Shown one piece after another: positions 48,192 through 57,929 of a stretch of DNA of 64,000 nt (position 1 is the stretch's first letter; each line of letters opens with the position of its first letter). This DNA is from a virus, in the IMG/VR virus record IMGVR_UViG_3300045988_135160. The stretch is one strand, 5' to 3'. Under the pieces are notes generated by a model. That model saw nothing but the letters and a program-made list of their open reading frames with translations. It did no database searches and was not told the origin of the DNA. Position numbers and translations under genes: made by a program.

Positions 48192-48992
48192 TTAGTTAGA
48201 TACAAATATACAAGTTTTACTAAGATACCCTTCTGTCATCTCTATAAAGTTCACACAATCTAATTTGCTTAACTTGTAAATCAATGCCGGATTGTGTACT
48301 ATGGCTATAATTTGTGTTTGTGGTTTATGGAATGACAATACATTATAAATTTGCATTATGTTGTCAATGTCAAGATTCCTATCTGGCTCATCCATGAGAA
48401 CCGTGTATTCAAAACTGCTTTCTGTTAATGTTATGCGGTTTCTTTCATAATACTTCAACAGGTTATCAATTCTTTTAATCCAAAACGCATTTGATTTTTT
48501 CTTGTATTCTACAAGATCTTGTATTGGAAACGTATAATCCTTTTGACCGAACATTAAATTGAAAAGTGATTCCAATGATAACACCACTTTCTCTCCATAA
48601 GATCTTCTAATATTATTCACATACAAATCTAAGTTGCTGATGTTTTTCAATACACTATCTCGATTCATCTCCGCCGATGGCAATAAACGGAATACTTTCC
48701 CTGCATAATCGGATGATATGTCAATCCCATCAAGAACCTTGTCATCATCATCATCAAATATAGGTGGAAAATCCAGTGCCTCGATCGGTATTTCAGAGCA
48801 CATGGATTTCTCACATAACGCATACATTGATATGATGTTAAGCAAAGTTGATTTTCCACTACCGTTTTTACCTACAATCACATTCACTCCTGGCTTGAAA
48901 ATAAATTCTCTACCATTTTCAAACGCTTCTATGTCAGAAACGTATTCAAAAGGAGTTTTTGTATTGTCTTTTATTTTTACTTTATATATCAT
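48192..48992 (-). CDS. P-loop ATPase (ABC/AAA_21-like)
   Basis: Walker A VGKNGSGKSTLL, Walker B/D-loop LMDEPDRNLD, H-loop IVHNP. Confidence 0.6.
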   Translation of the reverse strand: MIYKVKIKDNTKTPFEYVSDIEAFENGREFIFKPGVNVIVGKNGSGKSTLLNIISMYALCEKSMCSEIPIEALDFPPIFDDDDDKVLDGIDISSDYAGKVFRLLPSAEMNRDSVLKNISNLDLYVNNIRRSYGEKVVLSLESLFNLMFGQKDYTFPIQDLVEYKKKSNAFWIKRIDNLLKYYERNRITLTESSFEYTVLMDEPDRNLDIDNIMQIYNVLSFHKPQTQIIAIVHNPALIYKLSKLDCVNFIEMTEGYLSKTCIFVSN

Positions 48993-49287
48993 TTTATACT
49001 GGCTATGTTATAAAACATACGGATGTTATTTAATTTCATATTTTTCTTCTCTAACTTTGTTTTACTCAATCGAATCATATAGTCCCTTGTTTCGGACAAG
49101 ACGGTTGGGTAAAAGAGGTCTTTGATATAAGGTTTTACCCTAAAAAAATATTCGTTGGGTAAGTAAAATCAAAAACGTTTTGTTTAGTAAAAGAATCCGG
49201 TGATCTCACTTTCGAGCAACCGGTAGAGGGTATTGGTGATACCCAGTATGAAGTTTCATACAAATGTATATTGTTTTACGCTTTTTT

Positions 49288-49310
49288 GCGTAAAGTGGTG
49301 TATAATCACC
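49288..49310 (+). repeat. solo copy of the conserved 24-mer (GCGTAAAGTGGTGTATAATCACC) with an upstream hairpin
   Basis: Matches 9412-9435 and 57552-57575 at more than 20 of 24 positions. Preceded by TTTACGC-tttttt-GCGTAAA hairpin, as in the copy at 8084-8134. Confidence 0.6.
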
Positions 49311-49333
49311 TTGATGTTATCATTGTAATCCTT

Positions 49334-50314
49334 TTAAAAATCAATTACCGCCCGAACCATGTCTCCGATGTGCTTGTTGCCGGTGCCCGTGAGGCCACTG
49401 GAGAAGACCACGTACCACGCGACGGCCTGGCTGCTCTCAGTACTGGACCAATACCACGTCGAGGAGAGGGGAGATGCCGAAACATAAGTGAATGCTTTGT
49501 TTAGTTCGTCCATATAATGGGCCATTAAATTTAATTGACCAAGAGATGGTATATACTCGCCATCTTCCAGCAGATTTCTCAATTTTGGATTTCTGGCTAC
49601 AAGGCGTTCCGTATTGCCGCATCCGTCAATGTCAAACAGCGCATCACATTCACGTTCGTAATATGTCCCACTTCCGGATTCTTCACGGCTATCATCGTCA
49701 AGCAATTGTACGATATCATGCTCCGTCAGTGAGATTGCAAATGACATGTATCTGTGCTTCAACCCGATGTATCGTACACAATCTTTGGAGTTATCGCCGG
49801 TAAACGGCTCTGCATGTCCGTCTTCGTAGATTATATACAGTCCGTCAGTTGACTCTTTCTTATCCTCTTCGGATGGTACTCTGTTTTCACATGTACATTT
49901 CTCACTTTTGGATCTTACGATTATATTCAATTCATTTAATACATGATTCCTGATGACATTCTCGCACGCTCTTCTTATAAAATCATGATCTCTTTGTTTG
50001 AGTTCATCATTCACCATGCATCTGATCCAGTTTTCTATCTGGTTGTCACCTCCATATGTATTAACCATGTACCGTTTTACGTGTTTCTCCAATAACGGCT
50101 CTATGTTTTTGATTATATCTTCTTTGGTAAGGTGAAGTTCATTTAATATACAGTTCCTTACTGCCCTTAACGGACAATTTGACGAATTGTCTTCATATAC
50201 GATTTCTGCTCTATTTTGTCCTTTCTCTGTCACAATACGACCTGCTATTTCCCCTATGTTTATTTTTTTCGCCGTTTCTAAATCAAACGGAATTGTTGCT
50301 GTTCTCTGTTCCAT
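49334..50314 (-). CDS. hypothetical protein (326 aa), paralog of the downstream gene
   Basis: N-terminus MEQRTATIPFDLETAKKINIGEIAGRIV resembles MENPIIVPFDLNTARKIKSGEIEGSV of 50319-51062. Confidence 0.5.
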   Translation of the reverse strand: MEQRTATIPFDLETAKKINIGEIAGRIVTEKGQNRAEIVYEDNSSNCPLRAVRNCILNELHLTKEDIIKNIEPLLEKHVKRYMVNTYGGDNQIENWIRCMVNDELKQRDHDFIRRACENVIRNHVLNELNIIVRSKSEKCTCENRVPSEEDKKESTDGLYIIYEDGHAEPFTGDNSKDCVRYIGLKHRYMSFAISLTEHDIVQLLDDDSREESGSGTYYERECDALFDIDGCGNTERLVARNPKLRNLLEDGEYIPSLGQLNLMAHYMDELNKAFTYVSASPLSSTWYWSSTESSQAVAWYVVFSSGLTGTGNKHIGDMVRAVIDF

Positions 50315-50318
50315 GATC

Positions 50319-51062
50319 TTATTTGCTTTTATTAGTTCCTAAAAGATGCTCATTTCCTTGGTATGGGATACACTCTTTGTATCTCAAACCTCCCAAGCAT
50401 TCATATTTATATTCTTCTTCTCTTACTCTGGCAAATAAGTGTAGATTCCAATTTCCCAAATTGCTCGCTCTCACCAAGACTTGATCGAATGGCTTAAAAT
50501 CGTATTTCTTTTGTCCGTCAAGTAAATATTCGTACTTACTTAGATATTGTTTTATTATTCCTGCTTTTTTAAGGTTTTCTGTATTAGCAATTCTTTCAGC
50601 AAAAGATTTTTTCTCTTCCTCTGTGGCTAATCTAACATACTTGGATTTATCCTCACCACACACACTTGTCCATATTGGAACTTCTTCAGATGTAATCTCG
50701 CCATATGCCGATATACCATATATGCATCCCATATCTCCTTCTCTATTAATAATACCATTATATATAAATGGGTTCCCAAGCGTGCTTATTAATACATCTC
50801 CTTTCTTAAAATACGCTCCAGCCTCTACTTCCAATTCCAGAACGTTGTTGAAAAAAGTACGACCTTCTGTATCGGCATATATAGCACTTATCCCAGATTC
50901 ATCTTTTTTTACAAAAAGTAAATTATAACGATCTGCACAGTCTTTTGACTCATATACAAATTCTATTTTAATATTACCAATTAATACTGAACCTTCTATT
51001 TCTCCGCTTTTAATTTTTCTCGCCGTATTTAAATCAAACGGAACAATAATTGGATTTTCCAT
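50319..51062 (-). CDS. hypothetical protein (247 aa), paralog of the upstream gene
   Basis: Shared N-terminal domain. Confidence 0.5.
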   Translation of the reverse strand: MENPIIVPFDLNTARKIKSGEIEGSVLIGNIKIEFVYESKDCADRYNLLFVKKDESGISAIYADTEGRTFFNNVLELEVEAGAYFKKGDVLISTLGNPFIYNGIINREGDMGCIYGISAYGEITSEEVPIWTSVCGEDKSKYVRLATEEEKKSFAERIANTENLKKAGIIKQYLSKYEYLLDGQKKYDFKPFDQVLVRASNLGNWNLHLFARVREEEYKYECLGGLRYKECIPYQGNEHLLGTNKSK

Positions 51063-51108
51063 ATCTTTTTATTTTTAATTATGTAATCAATAAAACAAGA
51101 TGGGTTAC

Positions 51109-52170
51109 TTAAACCCATCCCAGTTGTTTTGCTATTCTCTCCATTTCGTTATATGCTATCCTATGACATCCAGCGGTTAGCAAATCGTTTTCGTACCGAT
51201 TTAGACTCCACTGGCGACCGGTGATGTCCTCCACCAGACCGTGCCGAAACTCGGCGCCCCGGTGCATTGCCGACACAGCCCGCCACAGTTTTCTGGCTTC
51301 TGCTACTCCAATCTTTATCTGTTTACTTGTCTCAATAATATTTCCTTTTATACGGATCCAGGCGTTAGGTTTTTCACCAGGAATATAGAAAGGTGTATTC
51401 AAGAAATTTATTTCTCCTGACTTCCACTCTTCCAGTTTTTCATCAAAATCCTTGTAACGGGCTTCTTCTTCCTTTCTTAATCCCTCTAATTTTATTCTTT
51501 CTCTTTCTTCCTCACCCTTTCTCCATCTTTCAGATCTTTCTGAATACTTAATCCATGTACCTTCCCCGCAAACTTCATCTACAATCACATTTACGGTCCC
51601 TAACACTTTTAATCCTTGATGATCCAATAAAATTTGAAAGATGCGTTTTAATTCATGTACGTGCTTACGCTTGATACTATCTCCGCTCTTGGATAATTCA
51701 TGATTGGTTCCAAGCCAATCATTAGCACTCTTTTTAAGGATACTCTTAGCAGTTCCCATGTTAAAGAACTGAATGTAATCCATCATATTCCCAAAAGCGC
51801 CCCAAATATCTGTATAAGATAATTCTGTTTTAGCTCTTTTGTATTTTTCAATAGACTTCTTAATTGATTCCAGTTTGCTGGCAACAAACCTCATATTACC
51901 AGTATCCGATATATTATCCCCTACACTGAAAACCATTGCCCAAGTTGGTATCGCATTACGAACATAGCATTGATGTTTGCTCGTGATAGCAGAATAATAA
52001 TCTTCATTTATCAGGTATGCTTTCTTCCCTTGTTTGTTTTTTACTATTCTCCCGACTTCAAAGTGATACCCATAAGAATAAATACTTGTACCTTCAAAGA
52101 AGAAATTGCTCCCTGATGCTGATTCTTCTTGTTCATGAGCCCACAAGTGAGCGACCATTGAATTGTTCAT
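51109..52170 (-). CDS. hypothetical protein (353 aa)
   Basis: ORF track only. Confidence 0.5.
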   Translation of the reverse strand: MNNSMVAHLWAHEQEESASGSNFFFEGTSIYSYGYHFEVGRIVKNKQGKKAYLINEDYYSAITSKHQCYVRNAIPTWAMVFSVGDNISDTGNMRFVASKLESIKKSIEKYKRAKTELSYTDIWGAFGNMMDYIQFFNMGTAKSILKKSANDWLGTNHELSKSGDSIKRKHVHELKRIFQILLDHQGLKVLGTVNVIVDEVCGEGTWIKYSERSERWRKGEEERERIKLEGLRKEEEARYKDFDEKLEEWKSGEINFLNTPFYIPGEKPNAWIRIKGNIIETSKQIKIGVAEARKLWRAVSAMHRGAEFRHGLVEDITGRQWSLNRYENDLLTAGCHRIAYNEMERIAKQLGWV

Positions 52171-52182
52171 ATAAATATCTTT

Positions 52183-52497
52183 TTAATTGTTTAACTTACC
52201 TTTATCATATGACATTCTCTTTTCGTATTTTTCAATACGTTCGGTTATCATATCGCAGAAGACTTGCCCCTCTTTTTCGGAACCTCTGAAGTAACCAATC
52301 ATCTTCAGGATATTCCCGTTAAACTCATGGACAAACTTGTTATAATAATGTTCACCCATAACTTTCCCGTATTTTCCCATAAACAAATCCTTGTCTAACG
52401 ACTCATCCTTGAAACAACGGTTGTAATCCCATCTTACAATACGAAACAATGTTTCAAAATCCAATCTTTCCATATCCTGTATTTTATTTAAGCTCAA
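52183..52497 (-). CDS. hypothetical protein (104 aa)
   Basis: ORF track only. Confidence 0.4.
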   Translation of the reverse strand: MSLNKIQDMERLDFETLFRIVRWDYNRCFKDESLDKDLFMGKYGKVMGEHYYNKFVHEFNGNILKMIGYFRGSEKEGQVFCDMITERIEKYEKRMSYDKGKLNN

Positions 52498-53380
52498 ACT
52501 TAATACCTTCCGGCAACTGAGAGCGGTCTACCTTATTCACAAAATCATCAAACTCTTCCTGTGTGATTTTTTCTCCATAACCGTTCCAGTTGAAAGACAA
52601 AGTGTTCGTGTGAGAATAATATATAACATTATCGGTAGACAACCCATAATCAAACACACAGAGCATTATCTTCTTTTCTGCTTCTGCTTGTCTGATTTTC
52701 TTATCGTATCGCTCACAAATTTCAGCACGCTTTGCCGCCATCTTTGCTTTATGGGCTTCCACTCTGCGTTTCTCTATATTTTCTGAGGAATAATGCCCGG
52801 CTTTAATACGCTCTTCAATAAGAGATCGTTCCTCGTCCGTTAGTGTTAAAACAAATCTTTCTTCTTCCGGCTTATATGGATTAACCCACTTCTTACCACA
52901 CAATTTTTCAAGTTCCGCAATAAGTTCTTCTGATTCTCTTTTCCATCTATCCACGATCCCAAGATTGAAAAGCATATACTTGAAATACAACTTATCCTCA
53001 GAGGCTTTATATAATTCTACGCATTCTTGTTCTGATATACGCAAATACTCCATTGCCACAGACATACCGCTTCTTCTAACGTGATATATGCCATTTTCCA
53101 CCGGATACATAGGAGCACCATAATGGTTACAAAGATGCAACGATATGAATTTTGCCAATTCCGGAAAATGTTTTGCAACTTCATCATGGCAGCAGCCTCC
53201 TAAGTAATCCTCATATTTTCCATGCTTGTTTTTCCAGTCAACGTCGGCTGTTATGCTCCAGTCGCATATGTTATTTTTGCAGTCATCATCCAAAGAGATT
53301 CTAACTGTTATTCTATAATCTTCTTCATTTTCTGTAAAGAATTTTGTACCTGAATAAAACAGTTTGTTTGTAGTTTCCAT
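52484..53380 (-). CDS. hypothetical protein (298 aa)
   Basis: ORF track only. Confidence 0.5.
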   Translation of the reverse strand: METTNKLFYSGTKFFTENEEDYRITVRISLDDDCKNNICDWSITADVDWKNKHGKYEDYLGGCCHDEVAKHFPELAKFISLHLCNHYGAPMYPVENGIYHVRRSGMSVAMEYLRISEQECVELYKASEDKLYFKYMLFNLGIVDRWKRESEELIAELEKLCGKKWVNPYKPEEERFVLTLTDEERSLIEERIKAGHYSSENIEKRRVEAHKAKMAAKRAEICERYDKKIRQAEAEKKIMLCVFDYGLSTDNVIYYSHTNTLSFNWNGYGEKITQEEFDDFVNKVDRSQLPEGIKFELK

Positions 53381-53391
53381 ATTGTTTTAAT

Positions 53392-53625
53392 TTAATCATT
53401 ACACTTATGAAAAATAAAATCTGCACACTCTCCGGGAAGTGTTCCTGCGTCATTACAACGGTAAAACCCCTGCGTTCCCCAGTCTACATCTACCGGATAA
53501 CCTTCTGCTGCTTCCAAGAAGCGTTGGATTTCCTCACATTCTTCATCCGTTAATCCAGTGTAATCATCATTGATTAACGGGCAAGCCCAATAAGAGGGCA
53601 GTCTGTATCTTATTACTTCTATCAT
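53392..53625 (-). CDS. hypothetical protein (77 aa)
   Basis: ORF track only. Confidence 0.35.
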   Translation of the reverse strand: MIEVIRYRLPSYWACPLINDDYTGLTDEECEEIQRFLEAAEGYPVDVDWGTQGFYRCNDAGTLPGECADFIFHKCND

Positions 53626-54014
53626 GGCTTTATCAGTTTACAAATTGCATCTTCAAATACCGGAATCATCCCTTTTTCTCTAAAATAAGCGGTAGCCACT
53701 TTGAAAGCATACAAAGGATTTACCTTCTTAATTTCATGCGACGATTTATAAAAAGCAAGTGGCTGACATACATAGAAGTTTTCATTGCCAAGACATCCGA
53801 AAACTCTATTCATAGTTATTTCATTGCAATTACTACCGCCTAATATTATTAAGTCACATCCGGTCTTTCTGGTTCCCAGAATAAATATCTTATTCTTGTT
53901 TTTCGGTTGCATAAATATCTCCTTGTCGATTTTAAACCAGTCACTCTGGCAACTCTCCACATCCCGACGAACGATTTCGTCAATTTCACGGGCATATTCT
54001 TCTTGTGTTTTCAT
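53622..54014 (-). CDS. hypothetical protein (130 aa)
   Basis: ORF track only. Confidence 0.45.
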   Translation of the reverse strand: MKTQEEYAREIDEIVRRDVESCQSDWFKIDKEIFMQPKNKNKIFILGTRKTGCDLIILGGSNCNEITMNRVFGCLGNENFYVCQPLAFYKSSHEIKKVNPLYAFKVATAYFREKGMIPVFEDAICKLIKP

Positions 54015-54051
54015 AAGATATGTTATTAAAAATGATAACTAAATATGTTTC

Positions 54052-54465
54052 TTAAAAGAAACTCCAACAAAATGTTACGATAAATTCTCCCATTCCGTAT
54101 TCAGCAAGTTGCTTAAACGATTCTATCCCATTGCAGTAACAAAAAACATCATCATTGTCATCATCGTTGATGTTCAATGATAGTTTCATTGTCTTTCTTT
54201 GTTCATCTCCTGTCTCTTTCCGTACAATCTGACATTCTACGTATTCAGGCTCCTTCCCTGTTCTTTCTACAAATTCATGAAACCTTAAATCAATTTCATG
54301 TTTGACTTCTTCAATGTTGGATATTATCACCTCGTTTTCACAATTCGAGCAAATAGCATGCATGAAAGATCCATCAAAATAATCTATTATTTTTCCGGTA
54401 TTCGGATTTACTATGGCTTCACAGGCAACATTTGTTCCACCACATCTTGTACATATATATCCCAT
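54052..54465 (-). CDS. zinc-ribbon protein (137 aa)
   Basis: CTRCG ... CSNC pairs. Confidence 0.45.
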   Translation of the reverse strand: MGYICTRCGGTNVACEAIVNPNTGKIIDYFDGSFMHAICSNCENEVIISNIEEVKHEIDLRFHEFVERTGKEPEYVECQIVRKETGDEQRKTMKLSLNINDDDNDDVFCYCNGIESFKQLAEYGMGEFIVTFCWSFF

Positions 54466-54609
54466 AATTATCTGTTTTTAAAATGTTCAACAATTTCATC
54501 TACTGTAGTCTTACGCCACACAAAGCAGGCCGCATCTCCCATAAACCGGAGCTCTTCGCACTTTATCCACTTGTCTCCTGTGGCGTCCGTCACTATCAGC
54601 CATTATAAC

Positions 54610-55419
54610 CTATTCTTCTAAATCATTCTCTATCATAACTTCCTTTATCAATTCATCTGTCTCCTCGTAACATCCCCAGCAAGAATCAACCTCTTCCCAT
54701 TCTTCACAATCTTCATCCTCTCTTGATTCGTCTTTGTATTTCTTGGTAAATGCTACCTTCTTTTCAAGAACGTACCCTTTTACATCTCCCCACATCCACA
54801 TACCTATGGACTTTACTTCATTATCTATAATTTTGGCACAATCTTCTTTCCAGTCTCCTTCCTTATCGCAGACTTCATTATCATATTTTTCTTTTGTAAC
54901 GTATGCTATCCCTTTTATATAATCACCTTGACTATAACCCCTTGTTGACCACTCTATAGCCACCACATCTTTTCCATATTTGGATATGATATCTAACAGG
55001 TCTTCATCATCCAGATCCTCTATTAATTCCCCTCTGCAATCAAAGTCCGTCAAATCACTTGGAAAAAACTCTTGACCTATATATGGACTTGTCTTATGCT
55101 TCAACTCCCATACATTGCTACCTCTGTTGTATGTGAATGAGATCCCATTCGCTTCCCCTTTCTTTAAATATTTTACAATGTCTTTCTGTTCTATATGCTT
55201 CATTACAATAGCATCAATAACATCTCTAAGATTATGCTTGTTATCGTAGAAGAAAGTTTTCCAATTGCATTCATCATGCAATCGATGCATATCAGAGTAT
55301 TCAAAAAAGAATGACCCAAACAAACCCCAATTAGTTATAGGGCATTCTGAATCACGGCAATAATACACTTTAATGCGATAATCACCTACTTCTTTTGTTG
55401 TAATAAGATCGTCTTCCAT
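54610..55419 (-). CDS. hypothetical protein (269 aa)
   Basis: ORF track only. Confidence 0.5.
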   Translation of the reverse strand: MEDDLITTKEVGDYRIKVYYCRDSECPITNWGLFGSFFFEYSDMHRLHDECNWKTFFYDNKHNLRDVIDAIVMKHIEQKDIVKYLKKGEANGISFTYNRGSNVWELKHKTSPYIGQEFFPSDLTDFDCRGELIEDLDDEDLLDIISKYGKDVVAIEWSTRGYSQGDYIKGIAYVTKEKYDNEVCDKEGDWKEDCAKIIDNEVKSIGMWMWGDVKGYVLEKKVAFTKKYKDESREDEDCEEWEEVDSCWGCYEETDELIKEVMIENDLEE

Positions 55420-55430
55420 GTCTTTATATT

Positions 55431-55883
55431 TTAAATAGTTCTTAATTTTTCTTCGATAAATTCATCTATTACATCATAGTATGAGCCATCAAAATCCCCA
55501 TATTTCTCTGTAAACTCTTTAGCCCACTCTTGAATGATGGCAAATGCCTCTTCCCTGCTACATTCTTTTAATCCCATTAGATCATCCACGGCTATCACCG
55601 ACATCTCTTGCAGATTTCGTAAATAATTCAAATCTATGCTATATGGTAGCTTGCCTACTTCTATACATACATAATGACCTTGTTTAAAGGCATCCTGCAA
55701 GTCTTCAAGACTCTCTATCAATGACTCAGACTCATCATCTATTCTTATCTTGTATAACTCAAAATCTTCATTTTCTGCCGACACCCATATCTTATAGGCT
55801 TTTTCGTTGGACAATCTTTTCCAAACAAATCCGTCACTGAATACAATTAGGCTACCTGTTACTATCGTATTTTTCATAACCAC
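55431..55883 (-). CDS. hypothetical protein (150 aa)
   Basis: ORF track only. Confidence 0.45.
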   Translation of the reverse strand: MVMKNTIVTGSLIVFSDGFVWKRLSNEKAYKIWVSAENEDFELYKIRIDDESESLIESLEDLQDAFKQGHYVCIEVGKLPYSIDLNYLRNLQEMSVIAVDDLMGLKECSREEAFAIIQEWAKEFTEKYGDFDGSYYDVIDEFIEEKLRTI

Positions 55884-55885
55884 TT

Positions 55886-56200
55886 TTAATCTGTTATTCT
55901 GTAATAATAATCAAGTTCTTCTCCCTTAAAGTTGTTCATGGCATACTCGTCAGCTTCTCGCCACAACCGGTCATACAATGCAGCCAGTTCGCGATCACCT
56001 TCATAATGCTGCCAGATTTTATGATTCAATACAAGCGTTAATTCCGTGAAAAACTTATAATCATCTTTCCATTCATTAAACGCACGTCTGTAGGTATCCT
56101 TGACACCTGCTATACCATACTTGTCGGCTATGCTGAAATCTTCCCAAAAGGTAGTCATTAGGTTATAGCCCACTTCTTTCATAAATTCTTTGAATGTCAT
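55886..56200 (-). CDS. hypothetical protein (104 aa)
   Basis: ORF track only. Confidence 0.45.
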   Translation of the reverse strand: MTFKEFMKEVGYNLMTTFWEDFSIADKYGIAGVKDTYRRAFNEWKDDYKFFTELTLVLNHKIWQHYEGDRELAALYDRLWREADEYAMNNFKGEELDYYYRITD

Positions 56201-56325
56201 AAGCTATTATTTTAGGTATATAATTACCTCATTAAATTTTTGAAGGTAGTTATATACAATATTATACCAACCATGTTGTAGAACATAAAGTAAAATAGTA
56301 TATATCTTATTTTAATCACGTAATT

Positions 56326-57558
56326 TTGTATCATAAAACTGATAAGGAAATGATTAAAGGTTACAAATATAGATTAGATCCTACACCGGAACAGATTGTC
56401 CAAATGGAGAAAACATTTGGATGTTGTAGGTATGTCTATAATTGGGCTCTTGATCTGAAAATTAAAACTTATCAGGGTGAAAAAAGATCTTTGTCAGCAG
56501 TTGATTTATGCAAGCAGCTAACATTACTCAAAAAAGATGAGAACCATCTTTGGCTAAATGAAGTATCTAATGAATGCTTGCAACAATCTATACGCTGTAT
56601 GGATAGTGCCTTCACCAAATTCTTTAGAGAACATACCGGATTTCCCAAATTCAAATCCAAACATAGGGATAAGAACGTTTTTAAGAATGTCAATTCTGTT
56701 AAGTTTGATTTTGAAAATAACAGAGTTAAGATTCCTATCATTGGTTGGGTAAAGTTTTTTGCCAATCGGTCCTTTGAAGGTGAGATTGGTACGATAACAA
56801 TATCTAAATCATCAACCGGTAAGTTTTATGCAAGTGTCTTAATAGATGACGGTATTCCTAATCCTGACAAATTTGCTATCAATTCCGATACAACAGTAGG
56901 AATTGATGTGGGAATTAAGGATTTCGCCGTCTTATCCAATGGGCAGGTTTTTAGTAATCCGAAGTATTTGGAATCTGTGCAGAAAAGATTAGGATGCTTG
57001 CAAAGAAGGTTTAGTCGCAAACATAAAGGAAGCAACCGATACAAGAAGGCAAAACATGATATTGCCGTTTGTCATGAACGGATTCGAAACCGTAGACAAG
57101 ATTTCTTACACAAGGTCAGTAAGAAGATAGTAAGTGAAAACCAAACTATTATCATCGAAGATCTTAATGTAGAAGGTATGTTGAAAAATCATTGCCTTGC
57201 TAAGGGTATTGCTTCTGCATCTTGGAGCGAGTTCTTCAGGATGCTGCAATATAAATCAGATTGGCGCGGTGTTAATTTAATTCGGATAGGTAGATTCGAG
57301 CCGAGTTCTAAGATGTGCGGATGTGGATACATACATCGTGATCTTAAGTTATCGGATCGAGTATGGACTTGTCCTGAATGTGGCGCCGTCAATGATCGTG
57401 ATTTACTTGCAGCGAATAACATTAAAAGATTTGGGTTAGAAAAGAAGAATCTTCTAACCCAAGAAAATATTAACAAGACACCGGTGGTGAACCGGGAGGG
57501 GGACGTGGAGTTGTCGGCGGTAGCCGGAGCTGTGAAGCGTCAAAATGTACTGGTGTAA
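56326..57558 (+). CDS. tnpB: TnpB (IS605 OrfB family), copy 3, from a different subfamily than copies 1 and 2
   Basis: N-terminal YRLDPTPEQ HTH. RuvC-I VGIDVGIKDFAVLSNG. RuvC-II IIIEDLNV. Zn finger CGCGYIHRDLKLSDRVWTCPECG. RuvC-III NDRDLLAANNI. Opposite strand to the surrounding genes. Confidence 0.85.
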   Translation: MYHKTDKEMIKGYKYRLDPTPEQIVQMEKTFGCCRYVYNWALDLKIKTYQGEKRSLSAVDLCKQLTLLKKDENHLWLNEVSNECLQQSIRCMDSAFTKFFREHTGFPKFKSKHRDKNVFKNVNSVKFDFENNRVKIPIIGWVKFFANRSFEGEIGTITISKSSTGKFYASVLIDDGIPNPDKFAINSDTTVGIDVGIKDFAVLSNGQVFSNPKYLESVQKRLGCLQRRFSRKHKGSNRYKKAKHDIAVCHERIRNRRQDFLHKVSKKIVSENQTIIIEDLNVEGMLKNHCLAKGIASASWSEFFRMLQYKSDWRGVNLIRIGRFEPSSKMCGCGYIHRDLKLSDRVWTCPECGAVNDRDLLAANNIKRFGLEKKNLLTQENINKTPVVNREGDVELSAVAGAVKRQNVLV

Positions 57559-57929
57559 ACTGGTATATAATCACCTTCTCTTATATCTTTATATTCTTCT
57601 GGTCGTTTTCTGTTACCGTCTTTTATATAATTTACCCACAGTCTATCTTCTATGCTCTTAATCGCATTCTCTATAGTAAATTCGTCGCTGACACACATTA
57701 AACACGAAGACCCTGTTTTCTTATGTGGTTTATATACCCTTGAAAAAGACCACATTTTTATCCTGTCGTATATATATCCGTTGTTTGGATAAACGAATCC
57801 TATCCGGCTGTCACCTTCTTTGGCATAAAATACACCTGGCTCCTTCCCGCCCTTTCTATATACTACGAATCCTTTTTCTTTTAGGATCTTAACCACTTTA
57901 TTTAATTTATTTTCTACGTTCATTTTCAT
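57540..57929 (-). CDS. hypothetical protein (129 aa); C-terminus encoded by the 24-mer
   Basis: ORF. The last codons (GDYIPVYTSTF) read through the reverse complement of the 24-mer and overlap the tnpB-3 3' end. Confidence 0.45.
   Translation of the reverse strand: MKMNVENKLNKVVKILKEKGFVVYRKGGKEPGVFYAKEGDSRIGFVYPNNGYIYDRIKMWSFSRVYKPHKKTGSSCLMCVSDEFTIENAIKSIEDRLWVNYIKDGNRKRPEEYKDIREGDYIPVYTSTF
57552..57575 (+). repeat. conserved 24-mer GGTGTAAACTGGTATATAATCACC overlapping the tnpB-3 stop codon
   Basis: Near-identical to 9412-9435 and to the reverse complement of 8089-8112. A partial direct copy, GGTATATAATTACCTC, lies at 56215-56230 upstream of tnpB-3. Confidence 0.65.
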
